From positions 25,794,001 through 25,858,000 of the forward strand of contig NC_086097.1 in assembly GCF_963921235.1 (NCBI RefSeq): 64,000 bases of DNA, read 5' to 3'. Below the pieces are notes generated by a model. That model worked only from the letters and a program-made list of their open reading frames with translations. It ran no database searches and had not been told where the DNA came from. Both the position numbers and the translations under genes were made by a program. Numbering within the stretch: position 1 is the stretch's first letter; each line of letters starts with the position of its first letter. The stretch is from Mobula hypostoma. Its lineage: Eukaryota. Positions 25,952 to 37,453 of the stretch are shown here, one piece after another.

Positions 25952-26871
25952 TTCATCAGCAAGAACGATGAGTCAGCATACAGAGAGGAGGTGCAGCGGC
26001 TAACGGACTGGTGCAGAGCCAACAACCTGTCTCTGAATGTGAACAAAACAAAAGAGATGGTTGTTGACTTCAGGAGGACACGGAGCGACCACTCTCCGCT
26101 GAACATTGACGACTCCTCCGTAGAGATCGTTAACTGCACCAAATTTCTTGGTGTTCACCTGGCGGAGAATCTCACCTGGTCCCTCAACACCAGCTCCATA
26201 GCAAAGAAAGCCCAGCAGCGTCTCTACTTTCTGCGAAGGCTGAGAAAAGTCCATCTCCCACCCAACCCCATCCTCACCACATTCTACAGAGGTTGTATTG
26301 AGAGCATCCTGAGCAGCTGCATCACTGCCTGGTTCGGAAATTGTACCTTCTCAGATTGCAAGACCCTGCAGATGATAGTGAGGTCAGCTGAGAAGATCAT
26401 CGGGGTCTCTCTTCCCGCCATTAGAGACATTTACACCACACACTGCATCCGCAAAGCAAACATCATTATGAAGGACACCACGCACCCCTCATACAAACTC
26501 TTCTCCCTCCTGCCATCTGGCAAAAGGCATCGAAGCATTCGGGGTCTCAGAACCAGACAGTGTAACAGTTTCTTCCTCCAAGTCACCAGACTCCTCAATA
26601 CCTAGAGCCTGGACTGACACCAACCTACTACCCTCTACTGTGCCTATTGTCTTGTTTATTATTTATTGTAATGCCTGCACTGTTTTGTGCACTTTATGCA
26701 GTCCTGGGTAGGTCTGTAGTCTAATGTAGTTTTGTGTTGTTTTTTTTACGTAGTTTTTGTATTGTTTCATGTAGCACCATGGTCCTGAAAAAATGTTGTC
26801 TCGTTTTTACTGTGTACTGTACCAGCAGTTATGGTCGAAATGGCAATAAAAGTGACTTGGCGACTTGACTT
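25952..26871 (+). mobile_element. Rex1/Babar LINE 3' fragment nested in CR1
   Basis: Open ORF ISKNDESAYREEVQRLTDWCRANNLSLNVNKTKEMVVDFRR...NSFFLQVTRLLN; tail AATAAAAGTGACTTGGCGACTTGACTTGA; CR1 frame resumes with KGSRDNPGNYRPV. Confidence 0.9.
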
Positions 26872-27915
26872 GAAAGGGAGTAGAGATAACCCAGGAAATT
26901 ATAGACCAGTGAGAATTAATTCAGTGGTAGGAAAGTTGTTGGAGAAAATCCTGCGAGGCAGGATTTATGTGCACTTGAAGAGACATAATCTGATTAGAGG
27001 TAGCCAGCATGGCTTTGTCAAAGGAAGGTCATACCTTACGAGCCTGATGGAATTCTATAAGGATGTAACAAAACACTTTGATGAAGGTAGAGCAGTGGAT
27101 GTAGTGTATATGGATTTCAGTAAGGCATTTGATAAGGTTCCCCATACAAGGCTCCTTCAGAATGTAAGGAGGCATGGATCCAAGGAGACTTTGCTTTGTG
27201 GATCCAGAATTGAGTTGCCCACAGAAGGCAGTGGTTGTAGATGGCTCATATTCTGCGTCGAGGTTGGAGACTAGTGGTGTTCCGCAGGGATTTGTTCTGG
27301 TAACCCTCCTCTTTATGATTTTTATAAGTGACCTGGTTGAAGAAGTAGAAGGGTGGGTTATTAAGTTTGCTGATGACACAAAGGTTGGGGGTGTTGTGGA
27401 TAGTCTGGAGGGATGGCAAAGGTTACAGCAGGACATTGATAGGATGCAGAACTGGGCTGAGAAGTGGCAGATGGACTTCAACCCAGATAAGTGTGAAGTG
27501 GTTCATTTTGGAAAGTCCAATTTGAAGACAGAATGTAATATAAATGCATTTGGAGAAACATAATCTGATTAGGGATAGCCAGCATGGCTTTGTCAATGGC
27601 AGGTTGTATGTTACGAGCCTGATGGAATTCCTTAAGTACATAACAGTTTGGACTCTTGGCAGTGTGGAGGATCTGAGAGATTTTTGGGTCCATGTCCATA
27701 GGACACTCAAAGCTGCTGCGCAGGTTGAGAGTGTTGTTAAGAAGGTATATGGTGTGTTGCCGTTCATCAACCATGGGATTGAGTTCAAGAGCAGTGAGGT
27801 AATGTTACGGCTATATAAGGCCTTGGTCAGACCCCACTTGGAGTATTGTATTCACTTCTGGTCCCCTCACTACAGGAAGGATGTGGATACTATAGAGAGA
27901 GTGCAGAGAAGATTT

Positions 27916-28549
27916 AGATTATCAGAACACTCAGTCCTCTTTTATTGTCATTTAGAAATGCATACATATATTAAGAAATGATATAATGTTTCTCCGGAGT
28001 GATATCACAGAAAACAAGACAAACCAAAGACTAACACTGACAGAACCACATATAGTTACAGCAGTGCAAAGCAATACCATAATTTGATGAAGAACCAACC
28101 ATAGGCACGGTAAGTAAAGTCTCAAAAGTCCCCAAGTCGATTGACTCCCGAGATAGCGGTGGCAAAAGGGAGAAACTCCCTGCCATAAACCTCCAGGCAC
28201 CGTCAACTGCCAATGCCTTGGAAGCAGCCGACAACAGCCGACACTGAGTCCATCCATCTGAAAACTTCGAGCCTCCGACCAGCCCCTCCAATACAGCCTC
28301 CCAAGCGCCATCCTCTGCCGAGTGCCTTCGACCTCACCCCAGCCGCTGAAACACGCGAAGCCGAGGATTTCGGGGCCTTCTACTCCGGAGATTCTGGTTA
28401 CCACACAGTAGCAGCGGCAGCGAAGCGGGCATTTAAGAAGTTTTCCAGATGTCCCTCTGTACTCTCAAGTCCATCTCCATCAAATCAGAATTGTGCACAG
28501 TCCCCTACTTGACAAATAACAGACATCACCACCGAAGTGGTCGCGCGCC
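27916..28549 (-). mobile_element. Unclassified non-coding retroposon (about 630 bp) nested in CR1
   Basis: Interrupts CR1 between ERVQRRF and FTKMFPGL; minus strand has a CpG-rich 5' end and an AATAAA-containing 3' end; no credible ORF. Confidence 0.55.
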
Positions 28550-29762
28550 ATTTACAAAGATGTTTCCTGGATTGGATGACGTACCTTATGAGAATAGGTT
28601 GAGTGTACTTGGCCTTTTCTCCTTGGAGTGACGGAGGACGAGAGGTGACCTGATAGGGGTGTATAAGATGATGAGAGGCATTGATCATGTGGATAGCCAG
28701 AGGTTTTTTCCCAGGGCTGAAATGGTTAACACGAGGGGGCAGAGTTTTAAGGTGCTTGGAAACAGGTACAAGGGGGATGTCAGGGGTAAATTTTTCACAC
28801 AGAGAGTGGTGGGTGCATGGAAAGCACGGTGATAGAGGTGGATACGATAGGGTCTTTTAAGAGCTTCTTGGATAGGTACATGGAGCTTGGAAAAATAGAG
28901 GGCTATGTGCTAAGGGAATTCTAGGCAGTTTCTGGAGTAGGTTACATGGTCGACACAACATGGCCTGTAATGTGCTGTAAATTTCTATGTTCTATGGAAC
29001 CATGAGAGTTCAGGCAGTTGCTTCCATGGTAACATTCATTCGTGGGACATGGAGGATGAGCAATACTTTGCTCCCAAAAACTGACAATAACCTGGTTAGT
29101 TTGGTCTTACTCGGTTCCCTGGCACTTCATTATCACTGTTCATTGTGCTCGAGTTCTTTTTTTGGAATGAATGGAAAAAATTATCATGATTACAGCAATA
29201 AAACTGAAAATGTCTGATTTCATTTCCACAAGCACTTTGAATGTATTAATCGTATTCAAATTCATTTGGTTCAATAGATAACAATAAAATTTCACAGAAA
29301 TACATATTTAATATTTACAGCCAGAACACTTCTCATTCACTGAATAAGAGAATTGTGTTAGAGGTAAATTACCTCAGTGAATATCTATTAATACTGAAGT
29401 ATTTCCAGCTGGACTAATTTGCTGTTTCACCACATTTTCCCAGTCTAAATCTGTGCTTCCAAGATAGGATAATCTACCACTTTATGAAAGAAGAACTTTT
29501 GTGTTAATCCAGTTATACACACACATCATTAAGACGTTCCAGAGAAATTACTTCCTCTAACTATCATTATCTTAATTTAGTTCATGACACTTTGATTTTA
29601 GTTCTGCAGACGAAGTCAGAAAGCAGGCAAGTAGATGGCTAGATTGCACAGGTTGCTCAAGTCTCTCCAGTCCTGAAGAAGATCTTGGCCTGAAATATCA
29701 GCCGTTTGTTCATTTCCATAGATGCTGCCTGACCTACTGAGTTCTGCCAGTGTTTTGTATGT

Positions 29763-31202
29763 AAACAGGAATTCTGCAGATGCTGGAAATTCAAGCAACA
29801 CACATCAAAGTTGCTGGTGAACGCAGCAGGCCAGGCAGCATCTGTAGGAAGAGGCGCAGTCGACGTTTCAGGCCAAGACCCTTCGCCAGGACTAACTGAA
29901 GGAAGAGTGAGTAAGGGATTTGAGAGGGGGAGGGGGAGATCCAAAATGATAGGAGAAGACAGGAGGGGGACGGATAGAGCCAAGAGCCGGACAGGTGATA
30001 GGCAAAAGGGGATACGAGAGGATCATGGGACAGGAGGTCTGGGAAGAAAGACAAGGTAGGGGGGGACCCAGAGGATGGGCAAGAGGTATATTCAGAGGGA
30101 CAGAGGGAGAAAAAGGAGAGTGAGAGAAAGAATGTGTGCATAAAAATAAGTAACAGATGGGGTACGAGGGGGAGGTGGGGCCTTAGCGGAAGTTAGAGAA
30201 GTCGATGTTCATACCATCAGGTTGGAGGCTACCCAGACGGAATATAAGGTGTTGTTCCTCCAACCTGAGTGTGGCTTATCTCACCACTAAGCACATCTTT
30301 CCCTCCCCCCCCCCGCATTCCGCAGGGATCGCTCCCTACGCAACTCCCTTGTCCATTCGTCCCCCCCATCCCTCCCCACTGATCTCCCTCCTGGCACTTA
30401 TCCGTGTAAGCGGAACAAGTGCTACACATGCCCTTACACTTCCTCCCTTACCACCATTCAGGGCCCCAAACAGTCCTTCCAGCTGAGGCAACACTTCACC
30501 TGTGAGTCGACTGGGGTGATATACTGCGTCCGGTGCTCCCGATGTGGCCTTTTATATATTGGCGAGACCCGACGCAGACTGGGAGACCGCTTTGCTGAAC
30601 ATCTACGCTCTGTCCACCAGAGAAAGCAGGATCTCCCAGTGGCCAAACATTTTAATTCCACATCCCATTCCCATTCTGACATGTCTATCCACGGCCTCCT
30701 CTACTGTAAAGATGAAGCCACACTCAGGTTGGAGGAACAACACCTTATATTCCGTCTGGGTAGCCTCCAACCTGATGGTATGAACATCGACTTCTCTAAC
30801 TTCCGCTAAGGCCCCACCTCCCCCTCGTACCCCATCTGTTACTTATTTTTATGCACACATTCTTTCTCTCACTCTCCTTTTTCTCCCTCTGTCCCTCTGA
30901 ATATACCTCTTGCCCATCCTCTGGGTCCCCCCCCACCTTGTCTTTCTTCCCGGACCTCCTGTCCCATGATCCTCTCGTATCCCCTTTTGCCTATCACCTG
31001 TCCGGCTCTTGGCTCTATCCCTCCCCCTCCTGTCTTCTCCTATCATTTTGGATCTCCCCTTCCCCCTCCAACTTTCAAATCCCTTACTCACTCTTCCTTC
31101 AGTTAGTCCTGACGAAGAGTCTCGGCCTGAAACGTCGACTGCACCTCTTCCTACAGATGCTGCCTGGCCTGCTGCATTCACCAGCAACTTTGATGTGTGT
31201 TG
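29763..31202 (+). mobile_element. Penelope-like element, 5'-truncated, with inverted pseudo-LTR
   Basis: GIY-YIG endonuclease VIYCVRCSRCGLLYIGETRRRLGDRFAEH...RLEEQHLIFRLGSLQPDGMNIDF (30516-30809); inverted arms 29795-30277 and 30715-31203; 15-bp TSD CAGTGTTTTGTATGT at 29748-29762 and 31203-31217. Confidence 0.92.
31105..31140 (+). ncRNA. Minimal type I hammerhead ribozyme motif (Penelope pLTR)
   Basis: AGUC-CUGACGA-AGAGUCUCGGCCU-GAAAC-GUC-GACU: helix I AGUC/GACU, intact core, loopless palindromic ACGU helix III; helix II weakened by a G-to-A change. Activity untested. Confidence 0.7.
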
Positions 31203-31904
31203 CAGTGTTTTGTATGTGTTGCTTTGGATCTTCACCATCTGAAAAATTTCTCGTGTTAATAGCGCGCTCAAAATCCAATCCTTTCCTGCCATATTTTTAT
31301 GTTGATATAACACCTGTGTTTCATAGATTTATACTTTGTATGCTTGTTACCAAATTAACCTTCTCTCTGCAGCTTCAGATTGTGGGAGATCACCGTTGTG
31401 CAACTAATAGATATACTATCTCATAGTTACTGAGAGCCAGCTTCTGTCCTGGCCATATACATGTGTACCACCATGTATGGAGAGTACACATGTTCCCTCA
31501 GTGCATGTGTTTCCTCCCACACATCAAAAACAGGCAGACTAGAGGGCTAATGGACCATTCTAAATTGTCCCTTGTGTGATCATGCATTTAGGAAATGTGG
31601 TAGAATCTGAGAACAGTGAAGAGAGTTCCTGAAAATGGGTACTTGATGGTCAGTATGAACTCAGTGAGCCAATGTGCCTATTTCATGCTAATTACATGAG
31701 CTTATGTCAAAATATGCATTGTCAATTTTGCTCAGTTCATTAAAATGGCAACATTTTTTTGAAATGTCAGTGGAATATTTGGTTTAATCTTCATGAGGCA
31801 TTTAAAGTCTGTTGTGACTGCAAGTCACCGGACAGACACTGAAGCTAATGAATATAGAAGTGTTTATTCAGCAAAATGAGAAGCGGGCATCCTATTCAAG
31901 ATAC

Positions 31905-32547
31905 GTAAACACCAGGAATTCTGCAGATGCTGGAAATTCAAGCAACACACATCAAAGTTGCTGGTGAACGCTAGAGAAAGCAGGATCTCCCAGTGGCCAC
32001 ACATTTTAATTCCACATCCCATTCCCGTTCAGATATGCCTATCCACGGCCTCCTCTACTGTAAAGATGAAGCCACACTCAGGTTGGAGGAACAACACCTT
32101 ATATTCCGTCTGGGTAGCCTCCAACCTGATGGCATGAACATTGACTTCTCTAACTTCTGCTAATGCCCCACCTCCCCCTCGTACCCCATCCGTTATTTAT
32201 TTATATACACACATTCTTTCTATCTCTCTCCTTTTTCTCCCTCTGTCCCTCTGACTATACCCCTTGCCCATCTTCTGGGATCCCCCCACCCCCTTTTCCT
32301 TCTCCCTGGGCCTCCTGTCCCATGATCCTCTCATATCCCTTTTGCCAATCACCTGTCCAGCTCTTGGCTCCATCCCTCCCCCTCCTATCATTTTGGATCT
32401 CCCCCTCCCCCTCCCACTTTCAAATCTCTTACTGACTCTTCCTTCAGTTAGTCCTGACGAAGGGTCTCGGCCCGAAATGTCGACTGTGCCTCTTCCTAGA
32501 GATGCTGCCTGGCCTGCTGCGTTCACCAGCAACTTTGATGTGTGTTG
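31905..32547 (+). mobile_element. Second Penelope-like insertion with short inverted 5' pLTR piece
   Basis: 31905-31971 is an inverted copy of the element end; body matches 30619-31200; imperfect TSD CTATTCAAGATAC (31892-31904) and CTATTCTAGACAC (32548-32560). Confidence 0.88.
32450..32485 (+). ncRNA. Minimal hammerhead ribozyme motif (Penelope pLTR)
   Basis: AGUC-CUGACGA-A-GGG-UCUCGG-CCC-GAAAU-GUC-GACU: intact core, helices I and II; helix III AUGU (CpG-type decay of ACGU). Confidence 0.65.
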
Positions 32548-33829
32548 CTATTCTAGACACTCTTGGAAGAAGTGGCCTGCCTGACCCAATATTACATGAC
32601 ATTTCCATATGCTAGATATCAAAGATAACAGAAGGACAATTCTATAGTTACAATATATACCCAATACTTCCTTTGAATTACAGATAATTTTCAAACACCT
32701 CCATCTTCACAATAACACTCCAGACACCTAAAATGAATGTTAATCAGCATAGTTTCCCCCTAGCTGCATTCATGCAAGTACAAACATAAAATGAATGGGT
32801 GCTTCCTGGTTTGCAATCAACTCCAGTCTGACCATTGTTCAGAGCTGTATTTTAAATTCAATCTACAATCCACATTCAAATCTAAAGATTGGTTGCTGTT
32901 GAAATTAATATTTGCTATTAACTCTATAACCAGAATGCACCCTAATAAGTCTATAGCCTCTTTACTAAATGAGATTATTTTACATTTAATGTTAACAATA
33001 CTGTGCTTAGTGATGGCAAACAAGTTCTTAAAAACTGATGGCAGTATCTCCCTTCTGGATAAAGGCTTTATGTGAAGGAGGCAGCCAATATTTAGCACCA
33101 AGATAACATGTTTAGTCTATTCCTTAATGAATGATAAGAAATTAAAGTAAGTTTTATTTTCCAGCAGTTCTGTAGACCATCAGTGGGGTCAGGGACTGGC
33201 ACCCAGAGACAAGAGAATGTAGTTCTAATCCTAACGCAGTTGAAAATGCGTGAAATTATTTTTGACATACGGTATTTTTTTAGTAAATTATACATTCCAA
33301 ATAATTTGTAAACTCCATTCAAAGGATCTGAGATCACCACACAGAGGTATTCACAGTGAGAGGATCTGTAGAGAGGCTGATGCAGGAATGGTGTTGTCCT
33401 GAGACTGGAATCAGCTGCACCATGACTGTAAAAACATCTGATTAGATTGTAAGTCACAGCGGGTAAAAAAAAGCAAAAGTATGTTTCATTTTGGTTAACT
33501 ATGGGAATAAGTCCACTCACGCTCAGGTTCTGAGAGGGAACCATGTATACCGGAGTGTAGACAGTAGGACCATAATAGATAGAAGCAGAATTAGGTTATT
33601 TGGCGCATCAGGTTTGCTCCATCATTTTAATATGCTTGTGTGTAATTCCTTCATTGGCAGTTGCCGCCTTATTCTCTGCCCTGAAGGCATCTTTTTATGG
33701 GACTTCTGTCTCTAATTTAATTTTCTTAATTCATTCAGTTCTGTTGGCTTTGGGAAATTATCACGTGGTTCAGAAAATACCCAGTGCATTGTGGTGCTAA
33801 ACTTCTTGCAAAACCCTATACTGAGGAAA

Positions 33830-35165
33830 AAGGAGCAGGTTACACCTGAACCCTTGGGGGACCAATATCCTTGTGGGCAGTTTAGAGAACTAGAGTTGTA
33901 GCTGGATGACCTTTGGCGAATAGGGGAGAGTGAGGAGGTGATAGATAGTAGTCCCTGCTAGGAGGGCCATTTTACTGAAGTGGAAGGATTCTAATCCCAC
34001 TACTGTTTTTTATTGGCTTTCCTCCATTATGTCCTGTTTAAGTTTAGAGAAAGTAAGAAGTTGGGCATTTGATACATCCTTTAAATTTGAGCAAATCTGG
34101 CGACCTTTTATTCAATATTTTTATTTGATTTGATTTATTACTCTTCCAATTTTTTTTTTGAAGTTTTAGATTTGATCCGAAAGTCTTTCTTTTTCTTTGG
34201 TTGTATCCTCAGAATGGACTGCCCAGTCCCTTTTGTTTCCTTTCTTTTGTGTAGTGTAGTGGGGGTTTTTTTTCCTTCATTTAAAAATTTAAAAGTTTTT
34301 TTCTCACCATGAATTGATAAGAGGAGAATTAGCTGTCTTTTTTTATTATATACTGCATACTAGCTGAACACTATGTATGACTTTGTTAATGTCTATTTCA
34401 CTTTCTGGTTGTATTGTTATTGACACATATATTTGAGATAATTCTCCTCTTATTTGTATTTATGCTCCTTTTAAATCAATAAAAAGATTGATAAAGAAAG
34501 AAGATAGATAGGAGTCCCGAAGTTGCAGGAGGCAAACACCTGGGTGACTGGGAAAGGAAATGGGCAGGCAGTGCAGAGTACTCCTGTGGCCGTTCCCTTC
34601 ATTAATAAGTATACTACTTCGGATACTGTTGAGGGGGACGAATATCAGTGGGGAGTCATAGCAACCGGGTCTCTAGCACTGAGTCTTGCACTGTGGCTCA
34701 GAAGGGAAGAGGGGAAGGAGGAGTGCAGCGGGTGATAAGGGATTCCATAGTTAGAGGAACGAAGGGCCTGTTTTTGTACTGTACGAGGTTCCTTGGACAT
34801 GAAAAAGACACCCAGATGGTATGTTACCTCCCAGATGTCAGGGTCAGGGATGTCTCGGATTGGGTCCACAGCATTCTTAAGGGGGAGGGTGAGCAGCCAG
34901 AAGTCTTGGTACATATTTGCACCATTGACATAGGTAGACAAGGTGAAGAGGGTGTGAAGAGAGATTTTAGGGAGCCAGGTAGAAAGTTGAAAAGCAGAAC
35001 ATCCAGCGTAGTCATCTCTGGATTGCTACATGTGCCACATGCCAGTGAGGGTAAGAATAGGATGATTTGGCAGATGAATGTGGGCTGAGAAAATGGTGCA
35101 GGAAGCAGATCTTCAGATCTCTGGATCATTGGGATCTCTTCTGGGAAAGGTATGACCTGGGGGCA
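33830..35165 (+). mobile_element. CR1 ORF1 (esterase) remnant interrupted by an L1 tail
   Basis: VIRDSIVRG and EQPEVLVHICTIDIG in ORF 34648-35088; homologous to 22600-23330. Confidence 0.8.
33956..34502 (+). mobile_element. L1/Tx1-type LINE 3' end with 16-bp TSD
   Basis: RRAILLKWKDSNPTTVFYW peptide, T-rich 3' UTR, AATAAA and A-rich tail; TSD GATAGATAG(T/G)AGTCCC at 33940-33955 and 34503-34518. Confidence 0.8.
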
Positions 35166-35186
35166 CCCCGCAAGAGTCACCACGCT

Positions 35187-35790
35187 TTTGGTGCCAGCAT
35201 AGCACTACAGTACAGAAACAGGCCCTTCGGCCCATCTAATTGATGCCGAACTGCCATTCTGCCTGCAGTCACATTGACCTGCATCAGGGCCATGGTCCTC
35301 CACACCCTCCCATCCATGTACTTATCCAGACTTTTCTTAAATATTGAAATCAAACCCACATCCACCACTTCTGCTGGCAGCTCACTCCACACTCTCACCA
35401 CCCTCTGAGTGAAGAAGTTCCCCTTAAACATTTCACCTTTCACCTTTAACCCATGACCTGTAGTTTTAGTCTCACTCAACCTCAGTGGAAAGTGCCTGCT
35501 TACATTTACCCTATCTATACCCCTCATAATACCAACCGTCAAATCTCCCCTTATTCTCCTATTATTCCTCTCATGCTCCAGGGAATAAAGCCTTAACTTA
35601 CTCAATCTTTCCCCTTAGGACTCTGGTCTTGGCAACATCCTTGTAAATTTTCTCTGCATTCTTTCAATCTTATTGATGTCTTTCCTGTACTTTGGTGGCT
35701 AGAACTACACATATAGTGCTCCAAATTTGGCCTCACCAATATCTTCTACAGCTTCAACATAACGCCCCAACTCCTGTACTCAATGTGTTC
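35187..35790 (-). mobile_element. CR1 LINE 3' fragment
   Basis: LRLYSLE..RIRGDL...GHGLKVKGEMFKGNFFTQRVVRVWSELP in ORF 35177-35605. Confidence 0.8.
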
Positions 35791-35917
35791 AACTGCAATA
35801 TACATTTCCAAGACAAGGTAGTACATGACTCAGAGATGAAGGATGGCATGATGGTTAGCAGCTTATGGTTTCAGGCCCAGGTTTGATCTTGGCCTTGGGG
35901 CATCATGGTAGCATAGT

Positions 35918-36176
35918 TTTTTTTTAAGTGTGTCGTACCAGACATTCAGCCATTCTTGTCTGTCATGTGGTATCAGGATTAACCGGGTCACGTTACGAAC
36001 GTTCCTTGTATTTTTCAACTGACTCAACCCTTGTATTTTTTACGAGGCCGAGTGGCTAGCTCGACAGTCAGCCCAGCACGGATGGAAAGCGTGCTCGGGG
36101 GTGGCCGGACCTGGATTCGAACTTGGGAACCTTCACTCCGGAGTCCAGCGCTGATCTCACTGCGCCACCAGCCAGC
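35918..36176 (-). mobile_element. tRNA-derived SINE with poly-A tail and 11-bp TSD, inserted in a V-SINE head
   Basis: Minus strand A box TGGCGCAGTGA and B box AGTTCGAATCC; TSD GGTAGCATAGT at 35907-35917 and 36177-36187. Confidence 0.8.
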
Positions 36177-37453
36177 GGTAGCATAGTAGCTGGCATCAGT
36201 AATCAGGATTCTGTTCCTGCTCCTGCCTGTAAGAAGTTTGTACGTTCTCCACATGACCATGTCAGTCCCTCCAGGTGCTCCGGTTTCCTCCCACATTCCA
36301 ATGATGTAGTAAATTGTCGACATGCTATGTTGGCGCTGGAAACGTGGTGACACTTGTGGGCTGCCCCGAACACATCTTCAACTTTGTTGGTCATTGATGG
36401 AAACGACATATTTCACTGTAAATTTTGATGTAGATACATGCCAGTATCTTTAATCTAGTTGCAACTTGAGTTAGTTGTTAAACACATTACCACCTGTAGC
36501 TTTCTAATCTTTTATTAACGAGAATGAAATATTATCCCTTTATCTGTGTGCACACATCTGTGTAAGCATTACCAGTAACATAATTCATTGTATATTTTAA
36601 TGTACGTATGATAAGTCAAACCTTTTAATCTTTTAAGAACACTGCATGGGTGTAACACTTCAATTCTTAGTTTCTCTCGCAGATTCACTGTACAGTGAGC
36701 CACTGGTTCCTCTGGCAATTCCTCTTAAATTCTACTCCCCCCCCCGCCAGTGAAAGTTGTGACTCCAGCACTTCCAGTGACCTCTCCCTAAGCACAGCTT
36801 CATTGACCCTGCCCAAGTGGGTCATGGAGGCTCAGACTCATAGTATATTCAGGAGAGGGTTTGTCAGATTGGTGAATGTTGAATTAATCAAGGTACACTG
36901 GGTTGGCTCGAAAACAGCAGAAATGCGAGTGATGGTTGCTGGTTTATTTGGTACATCAACAAACCCAGGTGGTGCTGAGCCAGTCAGCCCAGAAAGATCC
37001 CAGGTCTAGCTGTGTGGGCCCTGTCACAGCATAAACCTCCACACCATCGAGGACATCGTCAAAAGTGTCTTCAATATTAAGGACCCTCACATACGCTCGT
37101 CTCATTACTGTACTACCATCAGAGGGGAGGTACAGGAGCCCAAACATCCACATTCAACGTTGTAGAAACAGCCTCTTCTTTCCATCATTAGATCCTCCAC
37201 GGTCCATGAACGCTACCTCACTATCTTGCCCTCTGTTTGCACGAATTATTTGTCTATCTGCTCACTTATGTTGTTTATGTATTTATCCTTACTGTAATCT
37301 ATAGTCACTTTACGCATTGCACTGATTCCTTCAGCTCTTGCTTGAGTTGCAGGAACCTGAAGGGAAAGAACAGTAGTTTTCAGTCTGATTGTGAATGATT
37401 GCCCTACAGCAATGCACACAACATTAACCGTGAGCTCTTATTCTTTTTGTCAG

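Larger units (their letters stand above)
22380..28990 (+). mobile_element. Near full-length decayed CR1 LINE (ORF1 and ORF2) carrying nested insertions
   Basis: ORF1: CSGCQMW..CAKC zinc finger, coiled coil, SGNH esterase motifs VIGDSIVRG and VVVHIGTND; ORF2: AITETW, GDFKFPNIDW, NYRPV, KFADDTK, RPHLEYC; ends TTTCTATGTTCTATG near 28995. Confidence 0.9.

Noticed and set aside
30851..31426. 191-aa ORF and its mirror copies (29791-30141, 32163-32435)
   Set aside because: Low-complexity translation of the pyrimidine-rich Penelope pLTR, repeated only because the DNA is repeated.
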